Shown: positions 55,094-63,870 of the stretch, piece after piece
How the letters are laid out: the number at the start of each line of letters is the position of its first letter
How positions within the stretch are numbered: the first letter of the stretch is position 1
Assembly: GCA_949373095.1 (NCBI GenBank)
Contig: CASIBY010000005.1
Span: 110,955 to 174,954 of the forward strand
Source: Candidatus Poseidoniaceae archaeon
GTDB lineage: Archaea; Thermoplasmatota; Poseidoniia; Poseidoniales; Poseidoniaceae
Direction of reading: 5' to 3'
DNA length: 64,000 bases
Position numbers and translations under genes: made by a program
Notes under the pieces: generated by a model
Database searches by the model: none
Told to the model about the DNA's origin: nothing
The model's input: only the letters and a program-made list of their open reading frames with translations

Positions 55094-57031
55094 TCAGTCA
55101 GCACCGAAGAACTGACGAATCATTGGGTGCATTTCCATTGCCTGCTCCTTTTGAATCTGCTCGTAGGTTCTTAGAATGATACCTACGGCCAGTAACAACC
55201 CCGTTCCGGTGGCATTACCAACCGTACCGAGCAAGTCGGCTCCTGCGGCAAGAAGTCCTACAAAGGCCCCAGAAAAGTATGTAACTGGTGGGATATAGTT
55301 CTCAAGAATCTTTTCCAACACCTTAGGGTTCTTTCTGAATCCTGGTATTTGCATTCCTGTTCGCTCGATTTGCTTGGCCACGTCCTTTGTACCCATGTTG
55401 GTAGTGTCAATCCAAAACTTGGCGAACACCATCGAACCAACGGTCATGAGAGCGACATAAAAGACGACGTGGACCAGCATTTGTGTCAACGAATGCCCAA
55501 AGACGTCTCCTTGTTGATTTAGTAGCGGAATCAACCAATCGTTAACACCGTTGACCATACTGGCATACCATGCGAATCCACCGGATGCGGTAGTTTGACC
55601 AGGGTCGTATGTCCCGATGTAAGCTGAGGCTGAAGCCCAACCGTTCTGTCCTAAAATCGGAGTCCTACTAAGCGTTGGGTGGCTCCAGAAGAGAAGTGTG
55701 AACATGTTGATGTTCGCAAGAAGAGCTGCCATCAAAATGACTGGAATGTTAGATGCGTAGACGAGGCGAATCGGATACTTCCCTCGGTGACCACGTACTT
55801 TACCGTGTGTCAACGGCAACTCGAGTTTACTCGATTCGGCAAAGGCCACGACCAAGAACACGATGATCGATGATACGAGAGCTGCAACTGGGTTGACGTG
55901 CGTCAGTAACATGACTTCGAACCCATTCGCCTGAATCATCTCGTAATTTGATGATTCACGGAACATGTAGAAAATCATAGGGAGCGTTCCCGACGGTGGG
56001 TTTTGGATAGAGTAAGGCAGACCCGAGGTGGTTGCAAGAGGTGATAGAGTACCTACGAAGGTTGATTGTGCAACACCAGCAGCAATGAAGAGGGAGATAC
56101 CTGACCCAATTCCCCACTTGCTGACTAATTCATCCAGCAAGAACACCAGGTATGAGCCAGCAAAGAGTTGAGCAACAATTACAAAGTTAGCCCATCCCAA
56201 ACCGTATGCATCGATGAGCCATTCGCTAGGATCAAGGAAACCATAGGTCTGGGGAATCGACTCGATCGGAATCATGATGAGAACGAGCAACTTTTGCACA
56301 CCTTGGTACATTGCCTTGTCATCGGAATTGCTAAGATCGAGTCGGATAATTTTCGCACCCGCAAACAATTGCATGATAATGGAACCCGTAACGATTGGAC
56401 CGATACCCAAGTGCATGATGGTACCAGAAGCACCAGCCATGATAGAACGGAACCCACTGAACAAGTCAAGTGCCTGTCCGGAGAGTCCGAAAAGCATGAC
56501 GTTGGTCATGGCGAAGTAAATGATGAGGACGAAGGTGGTGGTCCACATTTTTTCGTTAAAGCGAACGTGTCGTTCTGGCTTTGTAATCGTTGGATAAACG
56601 TCTACGAAGCGGCGTAGTGCGTAGAGACGGCTGCTGTCATCTCCTTCCCACATGAAACATGTAAGAATGGCCGCTGCTCCAAACCCTAGAAGAATGATAC
56701 CGACCAAAAAGAAACCAACTCCTTCATCGTATCCACCCCATGCCCCAGGGCGCACATAGTAAATGGCGATAGAGGCAAAGGTTAACCATCCTGTTAGTTT
56801 ACCAAAACGGCCGATAAAGGGCATTTCTTTGAAAGAACTTGGAAGATCTCGCTGGAAACAAATCATGCAGTATGCAAGGTAAACTACAGAGAACAACAAT
56901 CCGAAAACCGCTGCATTGTACGGGTCACTGCCGCTAGCCATCTGAAGTTCATCAGACTGCCAGTATACAAGCAGACCGTAATACAATACACCCGTTAGAA
57001 GGATGGCCCATGGAATTGGCTTGTGCTTCAT
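55094..57031 (-). CDS. secY: Protein translocase subunit SecY with a ~130-aa, 4-TM N-terminal extension.
   Basis: The core from aa ~140 aligns with archaeal SecY: VDVYPTITKPERHVRFNEKMWTTTFVLIIYF, LGIGPIVTGSIIMQL, LDELVSKWGIGSGISLFIAAGV and KYPIRLVYASNIPVIL. Total length is 645 aa, against ~440-490 aa for typical archaeal SecY. Confidence 0.93.
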   Translation of the reverse strand: MKHKPIPWAILLTGVLYYGLLVYWQSDELQMASGSDPYNAAVFGLLFSVVYLAYCMICFQRDLPSSFKEMPFIGRFGKLTGWLTFASIAIYYVRPGAWGGYDEGVGFFLVGIILLGFGAAAILTCFMWEGDDSSRLYALRRFVDVYPTITKPERHVRFNEKMWTTTFVLIIYFAMTNVMLFGLSGQALDLFSGFRSIMAGASGTIMHLGIGPIVTGSIIMQLFAGAKIIRLDLSNSDDKAMYQGVQKLLVLIMIPIESIPQTYGFLDPSEWLIDAYGLGWANFVIVAQLFAGSYLVFLLDELVSKWGIGSGISLFIAAGVAQSTFVGTLSPLATTSGLPYSIQNPPSGTLPMIFYMFRESSNYEMIQANGFEVMLLTHVNPVAALVSSIIVFLVVAFAESSKLELPLTHGKVRGHRGKYPIRLVYASNIPVILMAALLANINMFTLLFWSHPTLSRTPILGQNGWASASAYIGTYDPGQTTASGGFAWYASMVNGVNDWLIPLLNQQGDVFGHSLTQMLVHVVFYVALMTVGSMVFAKFWIDTTNMGTKDVAKQIERTGMQIPGFRKNPKVLEKILENYIPPVTYFSGAFVGLLAAGADLLGTVGNATGTGLLLAVGIILRTYEQIQKEQAMEMHPMIRQFFGAD

Positions 57032-57089
57032 GTTCGTTCCCTACCTGTGTTGTTTTTCTTATGTTGCGGTGCGATTGGATGACAAAGTG

Positions 57090-57518
57090 TCATTCTTCTT
57101 CAAATTCGCCCCAGTCGCCGTCGCCTTGTTCAATAGTTCCGCCTGAGGCTTCTATCTTTTCAATAGCCCTAGCGCTTGCTTCGCCCACGATGACTGTGAG
57201 TTTGGAGCGGATTTGTCCACTACCGAGAAGTTTGTCTATTCCCAACGAAGTGAGATCAATGCTCTTTCCGCCGTTAGCCATCTCTTCGAGTTGACCAACG
57301 TTAACTGTCACATGGACAGTTCGAAGGGTTGGATGACGATTGAATCCGTGCATACCCCAATGGTTGGGCATGTACTTGATTCGGGTCATGACACGATGCT
57401 TGTTAATACCAGCGTTTCCACGGCCACCACGCTTTCCTGCGCCACGACCAGCTTTCTTTCCTCGACCGTGGTAACGGTTTCGTCCACGATGCTTGTTTGC
57501 TTTTGTACCCATCATCAA
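57090..57518 (-). CDS. rpl15: Ribosomal protein uL15.
   Basis: GRGKKAGRGAGKRGGRGNAG basic Gly-rich N-terminus; position between L30 and secY. Confidence 0.93.
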   Translation of the reverse strand: MMMGTKANKHRGRNRYHGRGKKAGRGAGKRGGRGNAGINKHRVMTRIKYMPNHWGMHGFNRHPTLRTVHVTVNVGQLEEMANGGKSIDLTSLGIDKLLGSGQIRSKLTVIVGEASARAIEKIEASGGTIEQGDGDWGEFEEE

Positions 57519-57523
57519 TCACC

Positions 57524-57994
57524 TCAAATCATTCGCTCTACGAGCGCACCAATTTCTTCGCCGCGGGAGCCTAGAGCGCCTCCAATAACGAAACTTCGCT
57601 TGAGTCCGCCCCAGCCTTTTGTCCCTCGAGGAGGGTGAAGGCGGAAGACACGCTTCAAGTTTGGAACATCTTTGACCTGTGCATCACCAGCGACAATTGC
57701 TGTTGCAAATTCGCTAATGTTCTTGTAATCGGTATGTTCTGCAACAATTTCATCGGTCAATGGGATGTTACCCGCCATTCGACCTCGCTCAGCAAGCATA
57801 CGCTCAACAAGTCCAACATCTGCTTCGCCCCAGGTAATGTAATCCTTGGCCTTTTGCAGCATTCCACGGTATTGTGGGTTGTCTGCAATGATAACAGCGT
57901 GGTTAACACGTGTCAGGTTCATGTGATGCATAGTTTCACGAATGGATCGCTCAACCTTAACATCGCTTCGTGCTCGTACAACAATAAACGTCAT
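57524..57994 (-). CDS. rpl30: Ribosomal protein uL30.
   Basis: FIVVRARSDVKVERSIRETMHHMNLTRVNHAVI and operon position. Confidence 0.93.
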   Translation of the reverse strand: MTFIVVRARSDVKVERSIRETMHHMNLTRVNHAVIIADNPQYRGMLQKAKDYITWGEADVGLVERMLAERGRMAGNIPLTDEIVAEHTDYKNISEFATAIVAGDAQVKDVPNLKRVFRLHPPRGTKGWGGLKRSFVIGGALGSRGEEIGALVERMI

Positions 57995-58761
57995 TCAAAT
58001 TTCCTCCCAGTATGGATGTGTAGTTTCTCACGCTGTCCATCAAGAACACGGGTTGTGTTGATGTTTTGCAATGCGTTGAAGGTTGCGGCAGCGTAGTTGA
58101 TGGTGGTTCGTGTCTGTCCCTTGGTTCGGGAAAGAACGTCCTTAACTCCTGCAAGTTCAAGAACACGCTTACCGGTTTCGCCGATAACAAGTCCCTTACC
58201 CTTAGCAGCAGGCATGAGCGTAACACGAGTAGATGCAGCTCGGCCGTTCACCTTGAACGGAACGGTACTGCCTGGACCAGGTGACGATTCCCATGAACCG
58301 TTTCCACGTTGAACGGGGATTAGGTTGAGTTTTGCAGCCGTAATGGCCTTGCTGATTGCGGTAGCGACTTCCTTAGCCTTGGCCATGCCGAGACCGACGT
58401 ATCCATCGCGGTTTCCGACGCAAGCCATCACGTTGAAGCGGACACGACGACCACTGTCGGTCATGCGTTGTACCATGTTTACGGAGATAACTTCATCTTC
58501 GAGGTCAGGGATAAGTGCGTCAACAATTTGAACTTCACGGATAGGTAGCCCTGAAGCCAATGCAGCTTCGTAAGAAATAATCTTTCCAGCCATGACTGCA
58601 GCGCCGAGGCGAGTACGAGGCTCCCACTTTCGCAAAGCAGCGATCGGGTCGTACTGGTTCTTTCGTCGGCGACGGTCAGGTGTTTCTTCAGGTGCTTCCT
58701 CAGTGTATGCTTGCATCAAACCTGGTGCCATGGTAGGAATTGTTTGTTCTTCTTCAGTCAT
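57991..58761 (-). CDS. rps5: Ribosomal protein uS5.
   Basis: VNMVQRMTDSGRRVRFNVMACVGNRDGYVGLGMAKAKEV and the C-terminal GVKDVLSRTKG. Confidence 0.95.
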   Translation of the reverse strand: MTEEEQTIPTMAPGLMQAYTEEAPEETPDRRRRKNQYDPIAALRKWEPRTRLGAAVMAGKIISYEAALASGLPIREVQIVDALIPDLEDEVISVNMVQRMTDSGRRVRFNVMACVGNRDGYVGLGMAKAKEVATAISKAITAAKLNLIPVQRGNGSWESSPGPGSTVPFKVNGRAASTRVTLMPAAKGKGLVIGETGKRVLELAGVKDVLSRTKGQTRTTINYAAATFNALQNINTTRVLDGQREKLHIHTGRKFE

Positions 58762-59273
58762 CAGTATGCCCCCTCAATGGATTTCTTTGTGTCGTCAATA
58801 GCTTTGGTCATCTTATCGTTGATGTGGGCGCCGGTGAGGCGGCCTTCGTCAGGGAAGACTTCATCGCTGTGAGGAATGTCAAGACCTGCGTCAACCATTC
58901 CCTTGAGTGCAGCGTAAACACGGCCACCACGGGTACTAGCAGACAGTCCAATGTCCAGAACTGCTTCGGAGGATCCCGAAGCCATTGCGGCTTTGCCCAT
59001 TGCGAATCCTACCAAGTAAGATGCTGGGACGGATTTCAATGAGTGGTCGTTGGGCCATCCGTGTTTCTTGACAAGGTCTGAGCCTGTCATTGAAATGGTC
59101 ACAAGGTCACCATCGGCAGCCCATGTGACGAGCTGGCAGGTCGTACGGGTGTTGGACACACGAACAACTGCACGTGGCTTTTGTCCACGAAGCAACTTCA
59201 ATCGACGACGGTAGTCGGTGAGACCAGCCTTACGTCGGCGGAAGATAGAGCGGCGGTTGTTTCCTGCCATCAC
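58761..59273 (-). CDS. rpl18: Ribosomal protein uL18.
   Basis: RRRKAGLTDYRRRLKLL..PRAVVRVSNTRTTCQLV and operon position. Confidence 0.93.
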   Translation of the reverse strand: MMAGNNRRSIFRRRKAGLTDYRRRLKLLRGQKPRAVVRVSNTRTTCQLVTWAADGDLVTISMTGSDLVKKHGWPNDHSLKSVPASYLVGFAMGKAAMASGSSEAVLDIGLSASTRGGRVYAALKGMVDAGLDIPHSDEVFPDEGRLTGAHINDKMTKAIDDTKKSIEGAY

Positions 59274-59734
59274 TCGTCACCTCCAGGTAAGCTAACACCT
59301 TCAAGCGTCATCTGAGAACGCATGTGGGCAATAGAACGGTAGGAACCGCCTTTGGCCTTGAGGTAGTATCGGCGATATTGGGAAGGTGCAATGGTTTCAT
59401 CGTCACGCAGTTCCTTGAGAGTACGGCGTTGGCTGCGAATGGTGCGCATCCATCGGTTCTTACGAGGATTTCGAGCGTTCGCTGACCCTGCACGAGTTCC
59501 TTGTCCCTTACGGCGACCCTTTCGCTTTTGAGCGAGTCTGGCACGAGCACGGACACGGGAAGTTCCCTTCACTGGCTTGGCCTTAATCCAGCCTTCTTCA
59601 ATGAATTCACGGATATCGTCGGTTTGAACCGCAGATGCCACTTGGTCCACAAAGGACGGGTGGATCCATACACGGTTTACTCCGCATTTGAGCAATCGAG
59701 CAGCGAGGCGCTTTTGGTTGGTGATTTGCATCAA
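59270..59734 (-). CDS. rpl19e: Ribosomal protein eL19.
   Basis: NQKRLAARLLKCGVNRVWIHP and the basic central region. Confidence 0.93.
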   Translation of the reverse strand: MMQITNQKRLAARLLKCGVNRVWIHPSFVDQVASAVQTDDIREFIEEGWIKAKPVKGTSRVRARARLAQKRKGRRKGQGTRAGSANARNPRKNRWMRTIRSQRRTLKELRDDETIAPSQYRRYYLKAKGGSYRSIAHMRSQMTLEGVSLPGGDE

Positions 59735-60369
59735 ACATCCCTCCTTCGGTTCAAAACACGAATACCAAGTTCATCGGCTCGTGAGTAGATGTGTTCTCGC
59801 TTTCGTCCACCCACGGTGCTGCCAACACGGGCTGCTTGGGTTTCAGGATCGACCGTTTCAAGGTCTGAGATATTGTGGACCATGATTTCACGGAATCCAG
59901 ACGGGTGTAGGAAACGTGCTTCGGCTACTTTTCCGTGCCCGATGCGAACAAGGGAACCACGGTACTTGTAATTGCGGCGTTGCTTGTTGTCCATTCCGTG
60001 AGGAGCTCGCCATCCAGAGCGAGACAGTCGCTTGTAGCGGAACCATTCAGTTCTACGGAACGATGGTGTCTTCTTCTTTTGTGCTGCACGAAGTGCGAGA
60101 GCGGCTTTCATGGTTTCATCCAAAACAGGCTTCTGCTTGACGACATAGACTTGTTCAGTCTCTTCATCCCAGTCTTCATCATCCCATCCGTCTTCGGAAG
60201 GTGTTTCTGCTGGTGCTTCTGCGGTTGTTTCATCAGCAGCGTCTGCTCCACCGTTGGCATCCACCAAACGGGCAATCAGTTCGCTTTTCTTACCCGAAAC
60301 CGGAAGTTCTTGCTCTTTGAGCACTTCCTTCAGTTGGGCAACGGTCATTGATTCATAATCTTCTGCCAT
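59731..60369 (-). CDS. rpl32e: Ribosomal protein eL32 with an N-terminal SAP domain and an acidic linker.
   Basis: The core is FRRTEWFRYKRLSRSGWRAPHGMDNKQRR...HPSGFREIMVHN...AARVGSTVGGRKR. The N-terminus MTVAQLKEVLKEQELPVSGKKSELIARLVD fits the SAP consensus. The start is set at the ATG at 60369, preceded by GGAGTGATTGAG. The ORF-track start at 60444 overlaps L6. Confidence 0.9.
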   Translation of the reverse strand: MAEDYESMTVAQLKEVLKEQELPVSGKKSELIARLVDANGGADAADETTAEAPAETPSEDGWDDEDWDEETEQVYVVKQKPVLDETMKAALALRAAQKKKTPSFRRTEWFRYKRLSRSGWRAPHGMDNKQRRNYKYRGSLVRIGHGKVAEARFLHPSGFREIMVHNISDLETVDPETQAARVGSTVGGRKREHIYSRADELGIRVLNRRRDV

Positions 60370-60374
60370 CTCAA

Positions 60375-60917
60375 TCACTCCTTGTTTAGTAGGTAAATAC
60401 CATCTTGGAAGACACGTCGGTCTCGGTTCTTGATGGTCGTGCATCGTTCAATGTTTGCTGCGGTTTGACCAACAGCTTCCTTGTCGATGCCCGACACTGT
60501 AATTTCTATTTTGTTAGATACCTTAACGTTCACGCCGTCAAGGATTTTTGCTGCCCGTGGGACACGCTCTCCGAAGTAATTGTTGACATTGAATATGTCT
60601 CCGTTCACGGCTAGGGTCATGGGAAAGTGGGAGTAGAAGGCTTTCAGGTTGTAAGTGAATCCGTCTGATACTCCTTTGACCATGTTGGAAATATGAGCAT
60701 TCCAAGTTCCTGCAAGTGCACGTTGTTTGCGGCGTGGAACATCCACACGCACGGTGATCCCTGTATCGTCCTGGAACATTTCAATGAATGTGCTGACGAA
60801 AGTTCGGGAAAGGCTTCCTTTGGGACCGGTTACGGTCACGACGCCATCTTCACTGATTCCGGCACTAACGCCTTCAGGGATGGTTACGATGTGTTCGATT
60901 CTGTCGAGTTTTACCAT
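60375..60917 (-). CDS. rpl6: Ribosomal protein uL6.
   Basis: Two-domain L6 pattern (IPEGVSAGISEDGVVTVTGPKGSL) and operon position. Confidence 0.93.
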   Translation of the reverse strand: MVKLDRIEHIVTIPEGVSAGISEDGVVTVTGPKGSLSRTFVSTFIEMFQDDTGITVRVDVPRRKQRALAGTWNAHISNMVKGVSDGFTYNLKAFYSHFPMTLAVNGDIFNVNNYFGERVPRAAKILDGVNVKVSNKIEITVSGIDKEAVGQTAANIERCTTIKNRDRRVFQDGIYLLNKE

Positions 60918-60928
60918 ATTTCTTCACC

Positions 60929-61318
60929 TCAGTATACATAGGCCAACAATTTGCCGCCTATTCGAGCGTCCTTAGCATCGTAGTGATGCATCACGCCGGA
61001 GTTGGTCGTCATGATGAGTAGACCGAAGTCTCGAGCAGGAAGGTATCGGGTCTCCCACTTCTCATATTCTTGACGACGAACACTGTGGCGAGGCTTTACC
61101 GTACCACAGCGGTTGATTGTTCCACGTAGTTCAACAACAAAGGCATCGCCTCGGCCGTTTTCAACTCGGGTAATTTCGCCAACATAGCCTTTGGATTGCA
61201 TGATGTTCAGCACGTTTCCAAGAAGATTGGAAGCGGGCGAGAGTTCGACATCGAACTTTCCAGCTTGTTCAGCGTTGTAGATCTTGACAAGAGCGTCATT
61301 TAATGGGTCAAATTGCAT
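60929..61318 (-). CDS. rps8: Ribosomal protein uS8.
   Basis: DPLNDALVKIYNAEQAGK and GYVGEI; operon position. Confidence 0.93.
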   Translation of the reverse strand: MQFDPLNDALVKIYNAEQAGKFDVELSPASNLLGNVLNIMQSKGYVGEITRVENGRGDAFVVELRGTINRCGTVKPRHSVRRQEYEKWETRYLPARDFGLLIMTTNSGVMHHYDAKDARIGGKLLAYVY

Positions 61319-61331
61319 ACTTTTCGCCTCC

Positions 61332-61484
61332 TCAATTCATCTTTTTAAAACCGATTTCCGGTGCTACGTCTCTGAAGCATTGGCGGCACAGTCGTAGACC
61401 GTGTCGACGGATCATACCTCGCTTGCGGTTGCAGCGTCGGCATCCTTGGGTTCTTCCAATTCTAATTCCGTGATCTCGTGCCAT
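61332..61484 (-). CDS. rps14: Ribosomal protein uS14 (zinc-ribbon type, 50 aa).
   Basis: [24 protein letters not shown]. The start is set at the ATG at 61484, just after the L5 stop at 61487. Confidence 0.9.
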   Translation of the reverse strand: MARDHGIRIGRTQGCRRCNRKRGMIRRHGLRLCRQCFRDVAPEIGFKKMN

Positions 61485-61486
61485 TC

Positions 61487-62014
61487 TTACTCCTCCAGGA
61501 TACTGATATTGTATTGTTCTACGAACCACTGACGTGATTCGTCGGGTGTGACTCTGTGATGGTCTCCGACCTTACTCTTGGCTCGGCGACGGCGACTGAC
61601 TCGGTGGCCAGGGCGCTCAACAACAACGGTAATGTCCATCCCGTAGATTCCGATTTCTGGGTCGTACTTCTGCCCGGGGAAATCCGTGTAATCTCGGACC
61701 CCAAAGGAAAGGTTTCCTTGATTATCAAAGTTCCAAGAAGGAATAGTGTTGTCTCGACAGTTGAAGGCATCGGTTAGGAATTTGTTGATGACTTCCCTCT
61801 TCCGCATGGTAGCCTTGCATCCGATGGGCATGCCCAAACGGACCTTGAGGTCACGGTTTTGGATACGTCCAAGAGTACGCTGAGGCTTGACACCGGTTAC
61901 CAACTGCAGAACATTTTCAGCATTGAGAAGGCGTTCTCCACCTTCTCCGACACCGATGTTCACGCAGACCTTTGACACACGTAGTTGGGCCATGGGGTTC
62001 ACAGTCTCACTCAT
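61487..62014 (-). CDS. rpl5: Ribosomal protein uL5.
   Basis: [19 protein letters not shown] and [13 protein letters not shown]. Confidence 0.93.
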   Translation of the reverse strand: MSETVNPMAQLRVSKVCVNIGVGEGGERLLNAENVLQLVTGVKPQRTLGRIQNRDLKVRLGMPIGCKATMRKREVINKFLTDAFNCRDNTIPSWNFDNQGNLSFGVRDYTDFPGQKYDPEIGIYGMDITVVVERPGHRVSRRRRAKSKVGDHHRVTPDESRQWFVEQYNISILEE

Positions 62015-62718
62015 TCAACCACCTCCGTGAGGGGCATCTTTGCGTCACCAATAGCGAACACGTTACGAGTAACGGTACCAAAGGATTCGAATTGTACTTC
62101 GTTAGGCATACTTGAGCGCTTGACAATGTATTCCTTGACAGCTGCAGTTTCGCCAACGTGGCCTCCACCGATGAGGTAGCATCGTGTTCCTTCTCCGAAT
62201 CGGATGTGGTCAACAATGGTTTGCTCTGGAAGGCCAAGTTTGAGTGAATCTCCAGTGTTGTATTGGCTAGGGTCATCAACAATGAGGTTTCGTCCGTCGT
62301 GAAGGTTAAGTTGTGTTTGACCGCCCTTGATGGTAGTTTTACCTTCAATTCGGCAAATCTTCCAAGCAGCTTCTTTAGCGGAAATAGTTCGGTATCGCAA
62401 GCGACCGTTATGGTCCAAGACGCATCGGTAATGCTCGTCGCCGAGGGACAATACGTCCATCAAACCGACGCCACGACGGGTGTCTTTCACAACACGTCCG
62501 TCGATCTTAGCAAGTTCGTTGTGAAGAATGAATCGGACTTCACGGCTAGTCTTAGCGAGTCCTAGTACGTCACGAATGACCAAGGAAACTGGCATGCAAT
62601 GTTCAAGCGAATGTGCGCCTGGCATAGGTCGGGTCACCCAAACGGATGTTTTACGGGGCAATGGCCAGCTACGGGGCATGGCCAAGCGCTTCAAATGATG
62701 GCTACTCATATTGTTCAA
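62011..62718 (-). CDS. rps4e: Ribosomal protein eS4.
   Basis: HLKRLAMPRSWPLPRKT and KIDGRVVKDTRRGVGLMDVL; KOW-containing C-terminus. Confidence 0.93.
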   Translation of the reverse strand: MNNMSSHHLKRLAMPRSWPLPRKTSVWVTRPMPGAHSLEHCMPVSLVIRDVLGLAKTSREVRFILHNELAKIDGRVVKDTRRGVGLMDVLSLGDEHYRCVLDHNGRLRYRTISAKEAAWKICRIEGKTTIKGGQTQLNLHDGRNLIVDDPSQYNTGDSLKLGLPEQTIVDHIRFGEGTRCYLIGGGHVGETAAVKEYIVKRSSMPNEVQFESFGTVTRNVFAIGDAKMPLTEVVE

Positions 62719-63128
62719 CTCCTGTTACCAGTCAATTTTGCGATTCGCATGCGGTCGGATTCATCAAGTTGAACCACTACCACGTTCGAGGCGTGAACTG
62801 GTACCGCCTCTTCTTTGTTGTCGGCCTTACTGGCCTTGACTCCTTCAATGTACAAGCGACCTTTCTCCGAGTCAATTCGAAGAACGGCTCCGGTGAGGGG
62901 ATCGGTGTTGCGCTTTCCACCGTGACGCTTTCCACCATGGGCGCGATCGCCACGAGTGGTTTGGACAATATCTCCTACACGGACAGTAACGGTGCGAACA
63001 CCGGCAAATCGTGCATCTGGCTTAGCAAGTTGCAGACGAGCAGCAACTCGCTTACGCTTTTCGTGCTTTGGCGCGTTGTAGTGCGCCTTTCGTTGTTTTC
63101 CTGGTTTCATACTCTTGACCATGTTCAT
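62715..63128 (-). CDS. rpl24: Ribosomal protein uL24.
   Basis: KPGKQRKAHYNAPKHEKRK and the KOW motif VRVGDIVQTTRGD. Confidence 0.92.
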   Translation of the reverse strand: MNMVKSMKPGKQRKAHYNAPKHEKRKRVAARLQLAKPDARFAGVRTVTVRVGDIVQTTRGDRAHGGKRHGGKRNTDPLTGAVLRIDSEKGRLYIEGVKASKADNKEEAVPVHASNVVVVQLDESDRMRIAKLTGNRS

Positions 63129-63131
63129 CCC

Positions 63132-63531
63132 TCAAACAATCTGTTTTGCATTTGCAGCAATACGAGGCCACCTCTCAGCGGCTTCTCGAGATACTGGCCC
63201 TTTGATATCGGACCCTTGTACGTCTCCTTTTTCGTTGACAATGACACAAGCATTGTCTTCGAACTGCACCCATGTACCATCAACACGACGGAAAGGTCGG
63301 CGTTGGCGGATGATGATTGCATTGAACATTTGTCGGCGGGTGTCAGGGGTTCCTTTCTTGACGGAGACCTTAGCCATGTCACCCACACCTGCGGCGGGGG
63401 TAACGACGCATGGTACCACCGAGCTTGAGGACGTTCAAGATTTGAACAACCTTAGCACCGGTGTTATCAGCGACGTGAAGGCGTGCTGCGGTCGGTAGAC
63501 CACGGGTTTGCTTACCTGCAATTCCTCGCAT
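63132..63531 (-). CDS. rpl14: Ribosomal protein uL14, with the reading frame broken by one extra base in a C5 (plus-strand G5) run at 63396-63400.
   Basis: The N-terminal 45 aa [45 protein letters not shown] are in one frame, from the ATG at 63531. The remainder, [17 protein letters not shown]...AANAKQIV, is in ORF 63132..63419. The total span is 400 nt (3n+1). The joined sequence aligns colinearly with archaeal L14. Confidence 0.9.
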
Positions 63532-63866
63532 CAGACAACACCTCCTGAGTTTTCGATGACGCAGAATGAAACCGTCTTAGATAGAGGGCGGCATTCCATG
63601 ACCTTGACCGTATCACCGATGTTGACATCTCCGATACAGGTGGGCAAGTGAGCGGAAACGACGCTGGTTCGCTTCTCAAATCGCTCGTACTTCTTCATGT
63701 AACGCACATTGTTTCGTTCGATTGTAATCGTACTTTGCATACCAGTGCTGGAAACTGTACCTTCCAGAACTTGCCCACGCAAACGTAGAGTTCCGTAAAA
63801 CGGACAGTTTTCATCGCCATCCCACTCGCCGGTGGGGTTCTTTACGTCAACGCCAATATCTCGCAT
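63531..63866 (-). CDS. rps17: Ribosomal protein uS17.
   Basis: CPFYGTLRLRGQVLEGTVSSTGMQSTITIERNNVRYMKKYERFEKR...VGDTVKVMECRPLSKT. The start is set at M31 (ATG at 63866). The stop overlaps the L14 start (ATGA-type junction, TGATG). Confidence 0.92.
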   Translation of the reverse strand: MRDIGVDVKNPTGEWDGDENCPFYGTLRLRGQVLEGTVSSTGMQSTITIERNNVRYMKKYERFEKRTSVVSAHLPTCIGDVNIGDTVKVMECRPLSKTVSFCVIENSGGVV

Positions 63867-63870
63867 CGTA

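Noticed and set aside
55075-55095. A hairpin GATATCC-N7-GGGTATC overlapping the secY stop codon.
   Set aside because: The stem is short and includes a G-U pair, with no adjacent oligo-U. It is likely insignificant.
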